A stretch of 64,000 bases of DNA from Chiloscyllium plagiosum (taxonomy: Eukaryota), in the NCBI RefSeq assembly GCF_004010195.1, contig NC_057711.1:74524933-74588932 (forward strand), in the 5' to 3' direction. Position 1 is the stretch's first letter. Every line of letters begins with the position of its first letter. Under the pieces are notes generated by a model. The model did not search any database. It worked only from the letters and a program-made list of their open reading frames with translations, and was not told where the DNA came from. This document shows positions 1-13,079 of this stretch, one piece after another. The position numbers and the translations under genes were made by a program.

Positions 1-189
1 CACAGATTATTGGTTCACGCATCTGACACGGACTTTGCAAATTCTTTGTGGACTTGGTAAACTGTCAAGGACAGGATCAAAGGAGAGAGCTATTACAATA
101 TTGTCAGTGAGCTCAGTAAGAACAATAACTTCCAATGGCTGGAGACCAGTGGGAGAAGCAGCAGGTGAACAGCCCACAAATAGGTGGAG

Positions 190-1083
190 GAGAATGTTTC
201 AAATGCACATTTCCAGGCTCACTGTCAATTTCTACAGCTCTCTGAAATTCAGTGGAGATGCCAAGGATGTTGAATCATCACCAAACTGTGCCATCTGCTG
301 AAGCAGGACTCGTGCTTGGAAGGACTGGGTGGTCATCCCATCCTAGTGGCAGTCTGTCTGACAATTGCATTGAATTTTTATACCAGTCAACTGTTTCAAT
401 GACCAATGTGGATCTACCTCACAGTCCTTCACCCACAAATGCATCTGGAATATTACTGATGGGATTTTCTCCAGTTTGTCTCATTCACCCATGATGAGCA
501 GAATCAAGCAGCTTGAGCAGTGGGATTCTTTACCATTGTTGGCTTCCTCCACAAGCAGAGCAGGATCAATTGTCATCACCAACTTGAAGGGCTCTTTAAT
601 AGATAAGGCATCTACTCTATCAATGTTCAACTTACCTCTGACATTGATGCTGGATTTTCAAGTTCTGTGTCAGATATCCTTAGATCTGCCATAATGTGTA
701 GACACTAGTGAACTCACAGTTCCTGCTTCATTCCAAGGTTCTCAGGTCATTTAGTGGTTTGCTGTTGAGAGACAAGGGCTACTTCCTCCAAATGTAGCTG
801 GTGATATATTTACAAAATACTGAGACTGATGCAGAGGAGAGATGCTCCATTTTCCATGCTGCCACCAGAGCTGTCGTGGAATAGACCAGGTACCTTCTTA
901 AAATGGGCTGCTCCAGCAACATATTACAGTTAGTCCAGGAGTATAACTGAAGCCTATGAATGGGATATTCTGGATGCAGAGCAAGTGGTTGATAGACAGC
1001 AACTTTCTGAAGATGAAAATGAGGATTGGAACACTGACCGAGATAAACATCCAAGAGACCAAGATAGAATAATGCATTGTTAA
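190..1083 (+). pseudogene. Decayed PIF/Harbinger DDE transposase (HARBI1-like)
   Basis: Hand translation across frameshifts and stops gives ITKLCHLLKQD..GLGGHPILVAVCLTIALNFYTSQLFQ, SQSFTHKCIWNITDGIF, AA*AVGFFTIVGF..INCHH, FNR*GIYSINVQLTSD, RYP*ICHN, LLLRDKGYFLQM*L, HAATRAVVE*T..LLKM, then an acidic tail to TAA at about 1083. This is the motif order of Harbinger transposases (IDCTH, NRKG.HSINVQ, PGS.HD, LLGD.GY, R.VVER). Confidence 0.9.
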
Positions 1084-2199
1084 CCAAGGAAAACTGAACA
1101 ATACCTACTGAAACCCCTTTCCAGGATGACAGAAATGTGTTTGCATTTCCTTTTGTTGTGTAACTTTTTGTTGGTTTTATGGCAAGCAATCCTGGCCAGA
1201 CCAAAATGCATGTTGATCCTTTGTTTTTGCAGTCCTTGAAATTCCTGCTGCTGAATAAATGTTTTCTTAGCATATGATTGTATCTTTGGATATCTTTGGG
1301 TAATCCTATTTTGAAATATTTCCACTTTACATCTCCTATTTCCTGTCAGTGGGATAGGACAGTAGCATTGATGGTGACAAGGTTTGGTAGTCATAAGGTT
1401 TCAGTCAGCATATGATATCTGAGTGTCGTGCAATGAAGTCTCTCAAGATCAACAGCAGATTGAAAGAAATTCTGAGGCAAATCTTTCTTATCCTTCCATC
1501 ATCAATTCACCTTCAATATTTTATACTACGCATCGACTACAGATTGACTTGGCATGTTAAGCCATCATGTAAGATGGTAATTAGCCTCAGAGAGACTTTG
1601 GTGCAACTTCTCATATCTGACCAATGTGCTATCAGGGAAAGTGGAGATGCAAACTTGAATTATATACTTCCCAATCTTGAATATCCGTGTAGTCCCTTGA
1701 ATAAATGATAGATAGAATAACACTTTGTCTCCACAGGTTTGCAAAGCCATCCTTGATTCTGTGCTTTCCCTCAGAACTGGGTTTAGGTTTAGAACGATGT
1801 GTGCAGGGCAGCCCTTCCTAACATCCCTGCTCTTTATTTGTAGCTTTAGCATCGTTCATATTGAAGTGCAACATCTAGTTTGCAATCATGAATGTTGGTT
1901 TGTGATGTCTGAACTAATCTGCAGTCCAGGAGTTAGGTCTTTGTGAGAATGAACAATACTTGGTCATCCCTGAGATGTCTGAAGAGCATCTCTCATGTGT
2001 GTGCAATTCAACTAGTTCTGACAATGGCAAAGATAATAGAGCAGACATTTTAAGTGTGCTAGTGTATATCTATTTATAAAAGTGCAAGGTTATTTAGAAT
2101 GATATGTCACCTATGCTATCTCAGTACCCTCAGTAAGTCTTTTGTCCCTCATTTTACTCCCACTATATCTAAGTGCTGTTTGTGGCCAAGTCTACCATC

Positions 2200-2734
2200 T
2201 CTTATTAGAAGAGGAACCTTATGTCCATCAACCTTCTCACTAATCTTTGTCCACTTGACCCAGTTGTGAGGCATATTTACTTCCAATGAGACAAAAGGAG
2301 GTTAAAGTGTGATGGGATTGGATGGAAAAGCTGGTGGCGATGATATAGTGACAAAGGTAAGCTAGCACCAGTCAATAAGCAAGAAGTTCAGTGGAAAGGA
2401 ATAATTAGTACTTTGGGAGGATGAGATGAGTCAGAGATGGACATGTTGCATACAATAATGACAGTTTTCACCATGGTCAGAGGTGTGTGTTGTGACAGAG
2501 TTCGAGTGAATGATGGCCCTGAGAGTGATAGGCAGCAGAGAAAAGCTGTTAACTCAGAACACTGCACTGTTACAAGTTGTTACCTCAATCGAGGCTGGCT
2601 GGCTGAGTCTGGTGGTGTTATCTCCCTTCTGGTCAGAAGGACAAAGGATGGACCTTCTCTTCACCACCCCTTCCTCCAGCACCTCCAGGGCCTCATCTGC
2701 AAAGCATGGAGCTAACTTGCCTTTCTCTCATCAT
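2200..2734 (-). pseudogene. Harbinger ORF2 Myb/SANT-like (NAIF1/MSANTD-type) remnant, two exons, convergent with the transposase
   Basis: Minus strand 2727-2555 reads EKGKLAPCFADEALEVLEEGVVKRRSILCPSDQKG..RLSQPASIEV. A second segment near 2280-2220 reads NMPHNWVKWTKIS, matching the K.AHNR.ER.KTG motif. Confidence 0.7.
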
Positions 2735-2999
2735 GTCTTTGGGGTTAGTACAAGAGCAACACCAAGTGAAGGCCAATTCCTGGCTTGCAGTATCTGTGGA
2801 GCTTGGATTTAAATGTGGCACAAGTGCAATGAATGTCATAAAGTCCTGGCAGCAGCATGCAATCCCTCTTCTCCTAATGCACGAGGTGGGTGCCAAAGAG
2901 CGAGTTGCAAAATTAACAAGCTGAAGAAAAGAAGACTGCCCGTGCAAGTGAGATTATGGCAGATAGGGTACCATGAAGAGTACCAAGTTTTCTCATTTG

Positions 3000-3890
3000 A
3001 AAAAACACTGCCAAAAAATGGGAATACACAGCATGAAGTGGCTGAAAAGAATACATTAAGGAATAGAGAGCTCGTGGAAATCAGAAAGGATTGAAATAAT
3101 GTTTTACTAGACTTTGCAAAAGATAAGTGGCTTGGAATTTTAGACAAGTTAGAATTTATGCATCCTGGAACTTGGGATGGCAACAAGCAGTATAGTAGAA
3201 AAGCCAAAGTTCAGAAGTCACAAATGATGAGAGTTCAGTCCAAGTTGTTTGAAATATTACCCAGATGTGAAGTTCTCAATGTGATGATTGAGTGAATGTG
3301 AGGATGAAACAAACCACAGAGTACAGCAGGTTGTTTAGATTCAGTGCCAACAGATTGCAATGGAAAATGGATGTTGTCAGTCGTTGGTGCAAAGAATTTT
3401 TGTCAATGATGAACTGCAAAGAAATGCAATGCAAGAAAACATCGGCATATAATCAGCTTTTTGCTTATGAAAATGCCAATGCTTGATAACATCTCCTTTA
3501 GAGGGCACTGTTGAAATTTTCACCAAAGCCTGATTATAACCATGTTATCAAGCTGCATCAGAATCAAAATAAAATTTGAACATCAAAGTCAGAATCGTCA
3601 TAACTATGGTAGAGTTACTTTATAAAGCAATTAACCCAAGTATCTCTTGCGCTATTTGGATGTGCATACTTTTGAGGCATTCAACACAATTATCACAGTT
3701 TACCAAAACAGGTATTTCATGTTTGGTAAAATTTACATATAATACCAGAACCAAGAACAAACAAGCTTTGGCAATGTTCTGAGATTCTTTCTTTGAATCA
3801 AACCACATTATTCTGAGAATAGCAGTATTTCATGCTATTTAGTCACTGACCTCATGTAGCAGCATCTGTGAAAAGAGAAGAGTACTTGTA
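3000..3890 (+). mobile_element. Possible highly decayed hAT transposase remnant
   Basis: Fragments RVQSKLFEILPR (compare GVQARLLEINPR), QLFAYENAN and IKFE occur in hAT-like order. Very degraded. Confidence 0.35.
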
Positions 3891-3914
3891 GAGATGAAGA
3901 AGTTATCATTCTTA

Positions 3915-4290
3915 ATCTACAGGTTATTAAATACCCAACATGCTCAAGATTCTGAGGGGTATAGACAAGATAAAAAGGGACAAATTTCCTTTAGTCAAGG
4001 GTCAATAATTGAGGATACTGTTCTAAGTTAAGGAGTAGGAAGTATTTGAAGAGAAATGTTTCACTCAGAGGTTTGTAGTTATCTGGAATTCACTGCCTAC
4101 AAGGGTATAGAGGCAGGAATTTTCAAGACATTTAACAACTACTTAGATGAACATTTGAAATACCACAGCATATAGGGCTGTAGCCCAAGTGCTATGAAAT
4201 ACAGTTAGAATAAATGGATGTTTGATGACCAATATGGACATGATGGGCCAAAAGACCTCTTTCTATATCTTGGAAATCCTTTGAATCTAA
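3915..4290 (+). mobile_element. CR1 LINE 3' end
   Basis: KILRGIDK, FTQRFVVIWNSLP and 'acttagatgaacatttgaa', followed by a CR1-type 3' tail. Confidence 0.8.
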
Positions 4291-5154
4291 CAAGAAACAT
4301 CTGTAGCATTTGACTTGGCATAGATGCAATTATTGATTTAGAGGTCTACAATTCTTGAATTCTAAAATGTTTTGCTTCTTCTTGTGTATGTATCCTTTTT
4401 AATGTCAGGTGTTGGACCATATACTTGTGTCTTGAGTTTCTCAGTCGGCCATGTGACATCCTCAGATTCCACTTTGTTGTTGCCAATGGTAATACTATTG
4501 ATGGTTGTCATTGGAGTCTGCTTTATTTGTTGCCACTTTCTTGTAGTCTTCACTAATCTAAGTAAAACTCTAGATTACAAGGGCAAAAAGAAGGTACTTG
4601 ATTTTTTTCAATCTTGTCTCATGACAGAACAGGTGATTATCTATTTTAAAAAGCTGATGGAAAATGTCACATCACACTGAACAAAGCTTTTGATATCTTA
4701 TGTATTGTACAAAATATTTTATTAGTTTGTGATGTCTAGGGATATCAGAATTAAAACATGTTTACACTAGAATCAGATATAGAAGGATTTTGTTATAGAA
4801 AAGATTTTCACTCCTTTCCAAATATTGATAGTCTCATTGTTTATTCCCCGTTACTTATGTGAATCTTGTGGATTTCAATATTGATACTGAGTGTCATAAA
4901 TCGTGTGCTAAAGAAGTGAAAATTTTCAATGCGCAATACTTTAATTCTTTGGAAACATTTGCTAGCAATAGGACTTTTATGAAGAAAAACCTCTCAATCT
5001 GCATAATTTGATTGTTCTCTACTTGCTTCCATTGTGTTGCAAAGAACTTATTTACATTTTATTTTCTCTTTGATCTTTAACTGTTCTTCGCGATTAATTA
5101 GTCAGAATCTCTCTATGGCAGTCTGAAAAATGTATTATTCCTTTCATATATGAT

Positions 5155-6128
5155 ACATAAAAGCAAAATACTGCTGGTACTACAAATCTGAAAAAAAAAG
5201 ACAACGTTTTGGAGAGCTCAGCAGGGCTAACATTAATTATGGAGAGACAAATAGATAACGTTTGTGTAATAATGGTGAGGAGCATCAATTGGAACAGGAG
5301 GGAAGGGTGACGGAGATTATCACAGTATCACAGGAAAAATGGCAAAGGGAGTGGTAATGACTGTAGAGAAGACTGAGAAAGCACTGTTGGTGTTACTAGA
5401 ACATGTTAAGAGCAGAATATGGATCTACTCTGCTGAAAGCAAAACCAAGAAAACTAGGCACAATTGATGTGGGGATGTGGAGGTTGGTGGGCTAAGTGAG
5501 GTAAACAAAATGGCCAAAGAATACATGTTCTGAAGTTGTTAAATTCAATATTGAATCGAGAAATCTCAAGTGCCTCAGCAGAAAAATGAGATGCTGCTCC
5601 TTCCACTGGCACTGGACATCACTGGAATACTGAAAAGGATCTAGGACACAAGTGTTAGCATGAGAGCAAGACGGAGAATTAAAATGCCAAGTGATTAGAA
5701 GATCGGGTCTATGTTTATGGTTGGAGCAAATGTGTTCCAGAAAATGGTCACCCAGATTATGTTTGGTGTCTTCAGTGTAGACGAGGCTATATTGTGAGTA
5801 GCAAATTCAGTAAACTAGATTTGAATAGCTACCAGTGAATCACTGCATCAACTAGAAAGGGTGTTTAGGGCTTTAGATAGTGAGATAGGAGGACACAAAG
5901 GGGCAAAGGTTATACCCTTTTGATGGGACAGGAAGGTGTCTTGGGAGGTAAATGGGGATGAGAGAGAGTTGAACCAAGGTATCAAAAATAAATGATCCCT
6001 TCAGAATGCTGACAAGGGTAGGGAGGGAAGGGGAAGGCATATTTGATGGAAACACCATGCAACATGTGGCAGAAATAGGGGAGGATGTTCTTTTGAATAA
6101 ATAAGCTGGTGTGGTGGAAAGTGAGAAA
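5155..6128 (-). mobile_element. Old Penelope-like element 3' portion
   Basis: Terminal 'aaagcaaaatactgc..aaatctgaaa..ctcagcagg' is shared with other PLE termini in the window, followed by antisense of decayed PLE C-terminal coding sequence. Confidence 0.65.
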
Positions 6129-6129
6129 A

Positions 6130-7420
6130 CAATAGCTGGGGCCTTAACAGATATCTTTGCATCCTTTTTGCCTCAGGTGAGGTTCCAGGGGACTAGAGAA
6201 TGACAAATGTTGTTCCTTTGTTTAACGAAAGAAATATAAATAATGCAGGTAATTACAGGCTGGTGAGCCTGACATTAATGAAGCTGTTAGAGAAGATACT
6301 GAGAGACAGGATCTATTCACATTTGGGAGCTAATGGACTTATCAGTGATAGGCAGAATGGTTGGTACGGGGAAAGTCATGTCTCAAAAATATGATTGAGT
6401 TTTTTGAGGAGGTGCCAAGAACAATTGATGAGGAAAGGGAGTGGATGTTAGCTATATGAACATTATCAATGCATTGAATAAGGTATCCCATGGAAGGCTG
6501 ATACAAAATGTAGAGTCACATGAGATCTGGGATATGCTGGCTCAATAGATACAGGACTAGTATGGTCATAAGAAGACAAAGAGAAATGGTGGAAGTGTGT
6601 TTTTTAGAATGGAGATCAGTAACTAGTGGTATTCTGCAGGGATCGTACAGTGACCTTTGTCGTTTGTAATATATATATATACATATATGTGATCCAGAGG
6701 AAAATGTAGGTTGTCTGATTAGTAAGTTTGCAGATGACAATAAAATAGCCAGAGTTGCAGATAGTGAGGAGGATTGTCAAAGGATTCAGTGGGATATAGA
6801 TACATTGCAGATTTAGGCAGAGAAATAACAGATGGAGTTTAATCCAGACAAATGCAAGGTGATGCATTTTGGAAGATCAAATTCAGGTGCGAATTATATA
6901 ACAAATGGCAGGAGGCTTAGGAGCATTGATATAGAGAAGAATCTGGATGCACAGCTCCACAAATTCTTGAAAGTGTCAACACAGGTGGATTATCTCATCT
7001 AGAAGACATACAGCACACTTGACTCTATCGGCCGGGGCTTCAAATATAAAAGTTGGCAAGTTATGTTACAGCTGTATAAAACTTCAGTTAGGCAACATTT
7101 GGAATATTGCATGCAGTTCTGGTCGCCACACTACCAGATGGACTTGGACGCTTTGGAGAAGGTGCAGTAAAGGTTTAACAGGATGTTACCTGGTCTGGAG
7201 GGTTTTAAGTATGCGGAGAGATTGTTTGAACTCAGATTGCTTTCACTGGAAAGACAGAGGTTCAGGAGCATGACCTGACAAAAGTCTACAAAATTGTAAG
7301 AAGCATAGATAGGGTGGCTAGTCCAGAGGCTTTTTCCCAGGGAGAAAAGGTCAACTACAAGTGAGCACAGGTTCAAGGTGAAGCAGGAACATTTAGGGGA
7401 GAAGTGTGGGGAAAATCTTT
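6130..7420 (+). mobile_element. CR1 LINE ORF2 (RT) 3' half, decayed
   Basis: NVVPLF..NAGNYRLVSLT..LEKILRDRIY, SKFADD, FNPDKCKVMHFG and LEYCMQFWSPHY motifs. Confidence 0.92.
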
Positions 7421-7559
7421 CTGGTCTTGTCTGGTTTATTTAGTTAGCACAGAATACAATTCTTTTCACTGTATCTCAGTACATATGACAATGTAAAATC
7501 AAATCAAATCAAAGTTTACTGCATAATTGTGCACAAGTTGGTATTGGAATACAACAGTG

Positions 7560-7870
7560 ACACATGTTTGATCAAATATTTGTAATGAAAAAACATTATA
7601 GAAAAAAGAGGAAAATAGGTTGACCATGTTTCATATAATATGGAATGGACTGGTAGGAATTGACAGAATTCTAGTGAACTGATGCCTGATGTCCTCCAGG
7701 AATGACGAAACTCAAAGTAGCCACTCGTATAATCGACACAGACTATTTGTTTCCAAGACAGTGTATCAGCAATCATTTTTTTTTCCAAGGGACAATCCCA
7801 GAATGGAAGAAGCTACTAAGCAAAATGATCACAAAACCTCAATTGAAATCTTAAAGATCTATTTTTGTAT
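7560..7870 (+). mobile_element. L2-clade (Crack/Daphne-like) LINE 3' coding end
   Basis: NRLTMFHIIWNGLVGID, then SFFFPR/TIPEWKKL across a frameshift. Confidence 0.55.
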
Positions 7871-8324
7871 TACTTCCATTACTCTTTTCTTATTATCTGA
7901 ACTACCATCTCAGTAGGTCATGGCTGGTTTAATTAGCAATGCCCGATTTAATGTTGGCAGAATATGATGCTGACAAAATTACTTTTTCCCAGTATCATTT
8001 TGTACAGACTATAAAGCATAACATACGTACAGTCTGACAGCTGCTTAGGTCTTTTTTGCATTTGAATAGTTAATCTTTTCAAGTAGCCTAATAAAACAAA
8101 AGCAATGCAAGAATATTGATATTTATCTTAAATTTTCCTGAGCTCATTTGGTATGTTGTTTCTTTTGTGCTTAGTTAGTAAATCATACTATGCCAAATGT
8201 CGAATAAAAATTGACCCTCAATGCTCACAGTATTTGATATCAGTTTCTTTAATGTGCAGTAAAATGCATAAATGTATTAACTACACTTATTTAATTTTGT
8301 TGAGTCATAATCTTAGCATATGTC

Positions 8325-8650
8325 TTACAGCACCAGGGACCCAGATTTGATTCCAGCCTTGGGCGATTATATATGTGGAATTTGCACATCTGTCTCTGTG
8401 TGGGTTTCATCCAGGTGCTCTGGTTTCCTCCCACAGTCCAAGGATGCGCAAGTTAGGTGGATTGGCCATGGCTAAGAAAACATACACCATAGTTTCCAGC
8501 GATGTGCAAGTTGGATGGGCCAGCCATGAGGAGAAACCCCACTGGGATTATGGGGATGGGGTGAGTCTAGGTGGAATGCTGTTCTGAGGGTTGATGTAGG
8601 TTCAATGGACCAAATGCACTCTTTCTGCACAGTGGAGATTCTATGATTCC
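8325..8650 (+). mobile_element. HE1-type SINE (older, diverged)
   Basis: Central 'ggtgctctggtttcctcccacagtccaaggatg' domain, 'attggccatg' and 'gattctatgatt' tail. Confidence 0.85.
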
Positions 8651-9799
8651 ATAACTTTATAATTGAACTAAATCTATTCTACTACAAAATTAATAAATTA
8701 AACAATATGTGATGTGTTTACCACACAGCACACTCCTGCACTGTATGAGCCACAATTTCACATGTATTGAACTTGCAAATGATTTGAATTAAGACATTCT
8801 CCTTCGATTAACAAGCTGGTTCACCAATTGCAACAAATATCTTTTTTTTCAAATAAATTAAGAATCATTCAAGACTTCTACAGACTTTCTTAGTTCTATT
8901 TTAAGATTCCACTTCACTTCACAGGAATCAGTTTTCCTATGAAAAGCACAGGCATCAGTAATTTTGAAAGCTAAAAATACATTGAAGTACCCAGGGGTTA
9001 AAAAAAACAATCTTATCCACATGATTCCCAATATGACCTTTTCTGTGAAGCTTTATGGACAAGGCTTAGGATACTGAGAAAAAGGGGAATTAAATAGATC
9101 ATGGTGTTTGTTGAAATGATCTTTGAAGGAATCCACTGTACTCTTTGCTTTGAACCTTCATCAAATTTGAATCAAGGGTAAATTACCTTCACAATTTTAT
9201 CATGTGACTTGTCAATGTTATTACTTTCAAATCAGATTTTTGTAACATTTATGATTATTGCATTTGCAGGTAAAATTTATTGCATATGCAGTTAAGGAAG
9301 AAAGAGAGTTGTTATGAATCTTTAAAATCTTTTGGGGAATTGCAATTACTTTTGAAGTTGAGTTTTAACATTCCTAGTTACAGTTACAATTGCTTGAGTA
9401 TTATTTAAGCTTTCTATTTGTATTTAGCTCTCATACAATCCAGTTATTTTCCCTGCCACTCCAGCTTTTAGCTAACCATTTTACAATTTCTCCCCTGTAT
9501 TTAAGTTCTTTTCTTATCATAATGAATTGATATAAGCATCTTAAAATGACCTATGTATGATGAGAGATAAGCATAATGTATTATTTTGAATATTGAACAA
9601 CAACTCTGCATTGAACTTATGGAAAGCTTGCATTTGCTCACCATAAATTATACGTTATACTCTCTTGCTCAGTAAATTCAGAGGAGAAGTACTAATGTTG
9701 AGGTGGGAGGAAATTCAGCTACTGCTTAATAATCTAAGTACAAACATATGGAATATGAATGTGGATCCTTGTACACAGAATAATACGTTATATTTTCCT

Positions 9800-11760
9800 G
9801 CCCCCAGAAACTAAAGCACTGTTACAAATGCCCCTTACAGCTCAAGAGTCCTTGCCATTGATTAGGATCAACACTGAAATCCTTGTAAAACCTTGACTAA
9901 ATTTGGTATCATGGGTACCTCGACTTGACAAATGCAGACACAGATGGCAAATTTAATCATCTTCACCAATACATCAGTTCATTCTTTGGATGAACAAGGA
10001 AAAGAATATTTGAGTGTCAAGATTTTAAACCCAAAACTGTACCAAGATTTATAGGACAAGTGATCAGAATAGGAAATATAATATTCTATACTGGAATTCT
10101 GGCCTCCAGTTTGGCTCCTATTTTAATCACTCCCTCCATTCATGACTGGCCTTTCAGAAACCTAGGCCCTAAACTATAGAAATCTCTCCCTAAATCTCTT
10201 GGCCTCTCTATCTCTCTTTATGTTTTCAAGATATGTCTTAAAACAAATACTTGAAAAAGCTTTCAGTCATTTGTATTGTTATCTTCTTACATGGATCAGT
10301 GACAGGTTTTGTTTGATAATTTGGGATGTGCCCAAGGACGCAAATGTTTAGCTACATCTAAGCGAAGCCTATAAAGATGGCTGCAGGAGAACTGTCAGCT
10401 AATGATGCTAATGAATCACTCGACATCAAGCAACAGGTTGACACCATCATGTAAAAAGGTATTAAAATGTTTTGTGGCCAGTAGAATAATGACTGCAGAA
10501 GGACAGCATCGAGTCAATATGAAATGTCAGATTGCCACTAGTGTCTCGAGTAATGTTGTGAGTTTCAGAGACCTATGTAAAATGGTTCAAGAGTTTGATG
10601 CAAAAGTGAGGCCCTTGAAAGTGAGGTTGGGGCTACATAATACAATGATCTTCATGGTGAGAGGACAAGAGGTTAAATGAGGCTGACAGACTAATACCAT
10701 GGAAAACTGGAATTCCAGATAATAGACATGAAGAAAAATCCACTCCAGCTGAAGCAAGCCTAAAACCTGAATCGATAGCCATGTGCATGACAGACAAAAT
10801 TTGCAACATTACACAGGTCACTAAACTACTGATGGCTGAACAAATCCTTGAATATTACAAAAACATTTTTACAAGTCTAAAATGTCTTCCTGATGAACAT
10901 CACCTCAAAGTTGATTAGTGTTTAAGACCAACTCAGCATCAGCCAGAGAGATTTTTTTACCATCCTCGAGTAAAGTCTAACAGACAGCATAGAGAATCCA
11001 GCAGCCCCATCAGCCCTTGAGGTCCAACATGAAAAAATGGAGAGAAAGATGAGAAAACGAATAAATCATTATTTGAGGAGCTGGTGGTTGATGATAAGTA
11101 AGCAAAAGCACAACAGGCAATCATTACAGAAAAGAATAATAAAATGTGTGATGAGAAAGAAAGAAATAGAACAAGAAGAATAAAAAGTTATTAAATATGC
11201 CTGAAGTCAATTATGCAGGTAACAAGTATTTTCTAATCAACCTGTTCAGAATTGTTATAACTATATAGATCATAAACCGACAGCAGGATAATTTCCACAA
11301 AAACTTGACAAACAGCTATAGCAGAGATGCAACAACCGATGGATGTGAACACAACGCAAAATTCTTTTGGATTCATGAACTCTTTCATAAAGTTCTTACT
11401 AATCTGTTAACAGAATACAAATCACAATGTAAGCTCATTGCTGAGGATGTGCAGTTCTATAAGGATGCAAAACAAGAAGCAACTTCCATTAGAATCGAAG
11501 ATTAGCATGATACGCTCTGGAAAACATTACTCAGCAGAGGCATTGAATCTGACAGAAAGCATTAAGCTCTGTTCAAGCATCACTCCAGGAGCATCACAGG
11601 AATGAAACCTCCCAGGGAAGGAACATCATCTTAGGAATAAACATATTCAAAACAAACCGATAACAGTAACTCCATATGCTATTAGAAGATCTGAATGCTT
11701 TAGTGATAATAGATGAAGTCCATGTACAGAGACTGGTGAAATTAGGACAAAGTAGAGTTA
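9800..11760 (+). mobile_element. Decayed Gypsy/Ty3 LTR retrotransposon internal region (gag-protease-RT start, RNase H remnant)
   Basis: MKCQIATSVSSNVVSFRDL..RPLKVRLGLHN (retropepsin DTGAS-like), ILEYYKNIFTSLKCLPDEHHLKVD*CLRPTQHQP (RT N-terminus) and DHKP near 11270. Possible PPT plus LTR start 'aggggaa|tg' at about 11884. Confidence 0.75.
10080..10330 (+). mobile_element. L2 LINE 3' end nested in the Gypsy fragment
   Basis: 'ggcctttcag..ctaggccctaaact..ctccctaaa..cctctcta' L2 3' signature. Confidence 0.6.
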
Positions 11761-12070
11761 ACATATAGTTCTGTTAATGAATGATAATTTTCTTTGCTCT
11801 CCACTGATTTTGGGTAAGTTGGATAATTGTCAGTTACAAATCATGGTGCATGCATTTTATTTGTAGTTTTATGTTTAGGGGAATGTTTGGAGAAATGCAA
11901 TTATGCACAGTGTACAAGTCAGCTTGCCACAGCCATGTGATCTTTATCTATCCTATAAATTGCTTTCATTTTCATCCATGGCAACCATTACTACGTTACT
12001 TTTGAGGAAGTAGGGCAGGTTGTGATGCCATGTTGGACAGAACAACACTGGAGGGTGACTGTGGGGTGTG

Positions 12071-12560
12071 GTTTGATTTGATTTGATTTATTATTGTCAC
12101 ATATACCGAGATACAATGAAAGGTAATGTTTTGTGTGCTCTCCAGATAAATTATACCTTACATGAATACATCAGGGTAATAGAATAGAACACAGAATGTG
12201 CTGTTATAGATACAGAGAAGTTTTTGATTTGGCATTATTTATTATTATTAGGTGCAATGAAAGATCAACTCTAATATATGAGAGATCCTTCCATACATCT
12301 GATAACAGCAGGGAAGAAGCCCAATGGAAGAGGGTGGAAGAGAACATAACTGGGATGGAAGGAGTCTTTGATTATCTTGGCTGCTTCCTCGAGGCAGTTG
12401 GAAGTATAGACAAACTTAATGGAAGGAAGGCTGGTTTTCGTGATGGACTGGGCTGCGTTCACAACTCTCTGTAATTGTCATACCAAGTTGTGATGTATCA
12501 GGATAGGATGCTTATTAAAGTGCAGCTATAAAATTTGGGAAGAGTCATTATGGCCAGGCT
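12071..12560 (-). mobile_element. Rex1/Babar-type LINE 3' end
   Basis: (TTTGA)n tail plus 'ttattgtcaca'. ORF AAQSITKTSLPSI..CLEEAAKIIKDSFHPSY.LF.PLP. Confidence 0.8.
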
Positions 12561-13079
12561 GCACATTGAGTGTCAATCTCTCCCAAACATCCACCCCATG
12601 AACAAAAATATCAACAAGATGGAGAACTTCACTGGACATCAGTTGTACATTTGAGGCCCTCAAATGGGCCATAAGTGATTGATCCAGCCAATACTCGTCA
12701 CTTGTTAAATTGTGATGGTGGTGACCAGGCTAATGTCTGGTATGTAGCTGGTGGTATAGTATCTGTGTCAGGGGTCCACCCACCAATCTTCCTTCTAAGC
12801 TGCACAACCCTGCAGCAGCTTGGAGGTTCCCTTAACACTGTTCTATGAGCTAATGCATTAACTTGTGGTTCTGAACGCCAATGTTGTGGTTGGACCTCCG
12901 AGGTCAATGTATCAGAAAATGTGGCTATCAATCTGCTTTCCCATGCGTCGGTGGCCTGCTAAACTCAGTCTCTGAAGTTCTTCAGGGGAGTCCTGAGTCA
13001 TTACTTGTTATGGGAAAATTGATAAAGTCTTTCACAATCTGTTTCTTTCTTCTCATCCTGAGCACATTAGTAATTTCAC

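Noticed and set aside
1..900. Minus-strand 'QFGDDS' and 'PATFGG' suggesting an endogenous RNA-virus polymerase
   Set aside because: The plus strand carries a full ordered set of Harbinger transposase motifs, so the minus-strand words are antisense coincidence.
12560..13070. Possible Vingi/RTE-like LINE 3' end on the minus strand
   Set aside because: Only a faint resemblance, not supportable by eye.
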